Assembly: GCF_018977255.1 (NCBI RefSeq)
Contig: NW_024704743.1
Location: 11,100,001-11,164,000 of the forward strand
DNA from: Callorhinchus milii
Lineage: Eukaryota
Length of the DNA: 64,000 bases
Reading direction: 5' to 3'
Notes under the pieces: generated by a model
The model's input: the letters and a program-made list of their open reading frames with translations, nothing else
Databases searched by the model: none
What the model was told of the DNA's origin: nothing
Translations under genes and position numbers: made by a program
Shown: piece by piece, positions 63,031 through 64,000 of the stretch
Numbering within the stretch: position 1 is the stretch's first letter
How the letters are laid out: each line of letters starts with the position of its first letter

Positions 63031-63505
63031 TAGGCGGGTCCAAGGTACTCCAGGGCACCCCTGATGACAGCACAGACAACCTGGCTCATCGGCAGACTTG
63101 AAAGGACAGACCAGTCACTGGGGGCAGGGAGTCATCTCACTCAGCTCCTGTTAATCCTACAAGCCAAAGCCCCAATGGATAGTTTCGGTCCAAGCTGGAC
63201 AAGCAGCAGAGACGGTGCTTTCAATGGTAAGCAATTGGGTTTTAGTTGGTTAAACTCCAGCAGTACTCAATGCACTCTCTAGGGGCCCTAGGCAAGGCTC
63301 AAGTCAACCTGCACACTAACCCTCTGCAGTGTTAGGTAAGCAAGATGCTTCCCTCCAGGGAGAAAATGCACATTTCCAATAAATGTCTTCAGAATTTTCA
63401 TGTATAGGTGTGATACATGGAGCTCTGATTGGTTTAGATCCTCTTAAGAATGTTGATGGGTTTCTGCATGCGTCAGTCACCTGGCTGACATATTAAAAAA
63501 AAGGT
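63031..63505 (+). repeat. Unclassified A-tailed repeat in intron 6
   Basis: Homologous to 59595-59910 and 46330-46710; ends tcagtcacctggctga then an A-run. Confidence 0.78.
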
Positions 63506-63616
63506 GAGCTACTATAAACCATATTTTCCAAATTGATTGTATGTTTAGACATTGTCAGCAAAGAGATTGTTTTTCAAAACCTTTGCATTTAATATAGGAT
63601 TTCTGCTTTATTTCAG

Positions 63617-63777
63617 ACTGATAATGAGAAGCTATATGCTCAGCACGTACAGAATAAAATCCTGCCTGATCACACTTATTCAGTAGTGTCTGGTGGTGAC
63701 CCCATGCATATACCAGAGCTTACATGGGAAGAACTGAAACACTTTCATGCTACACATTACCATCCCAGCAATGCAAG
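63617..63777 (+). CDS. PITRM1: PITRM1 coding exon 7
   Basis: TDNEKLYAQHVQNKILPDHTYSVVSGGDPMHIPELTWEELKHFHATHYHPSNA(R)|gt. Confidence 0.98.
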
Positions 63778-64000
63778 GTATGGTCACAGACAGCGCATTC
63801 ACTTGTATGTGAATCTTTCATTGGTGATGAATCTTTACAAGACATTGGTCAGGTCGCAACTTGAATACTAGTGGTTCAGTTTCCTACAAACAACGAGGAA
63901 GTGAGTCTGGGGGGAGGAGGGTTAGTTGACTAAGACACAGGAATAAATTGCCTTTTCATTCAAAATAATGAGAATCCTTGAGAGAGCCATTGACTCCCAG

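Noticed and set aside
63686..63871. 61-aa ORF as a separate gene
   Set aside because: It is part of PITRM1 exon 7 read through the donor site into a CR1 fragment (LYKTLVRSQLEY).

Overview
Repeat-dense vertebrate genomic DNA. The repeat repertoire (L2 and CR1 LINEs, Deu-domain SINEs, Penelope-type hairpins) suggests a cartilaginous fish; this is an inference. The only host gene is PITRM1 (mitochondrial presequence protease, M16C): promoter at about 55.4-55.65 kb and coding exons 1-7 on the + strand (55655-63777), all GT-AG and in phase, including the inverted zinc motif HILEH. The gene continues beyond the window. The upstream ~55 kb is intergenic. It holds many L2 copies, CR1 copies, a tRNA-Ala-derived SINE family, older DeuSINEs, solo LTRs, Helitron-like fragments and degenerate Penelope hammerhead ribozymes. 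It also holds one complete but decayed Ty3/Gypsy element (17335-25422, 5-bp TSD) with an ORF1-only Tx1/L1-like element inserted exactly at its LTR/PBS junction. Almost all ORFs in the supplied track are transposon fragments or spurious. I see no proven new biological system. The best leads are the ORF1-only element with a 37-39-bp target duplication, the hammerheads, a SINE tail-loop switch toward the young L2, and an intronic inverted repeat around in-frame PITRM1 exons 3-6. Repeat boundaries are approximate unless a TSD is quoted, and all family assignments come from recognition by eye, not from a database search.
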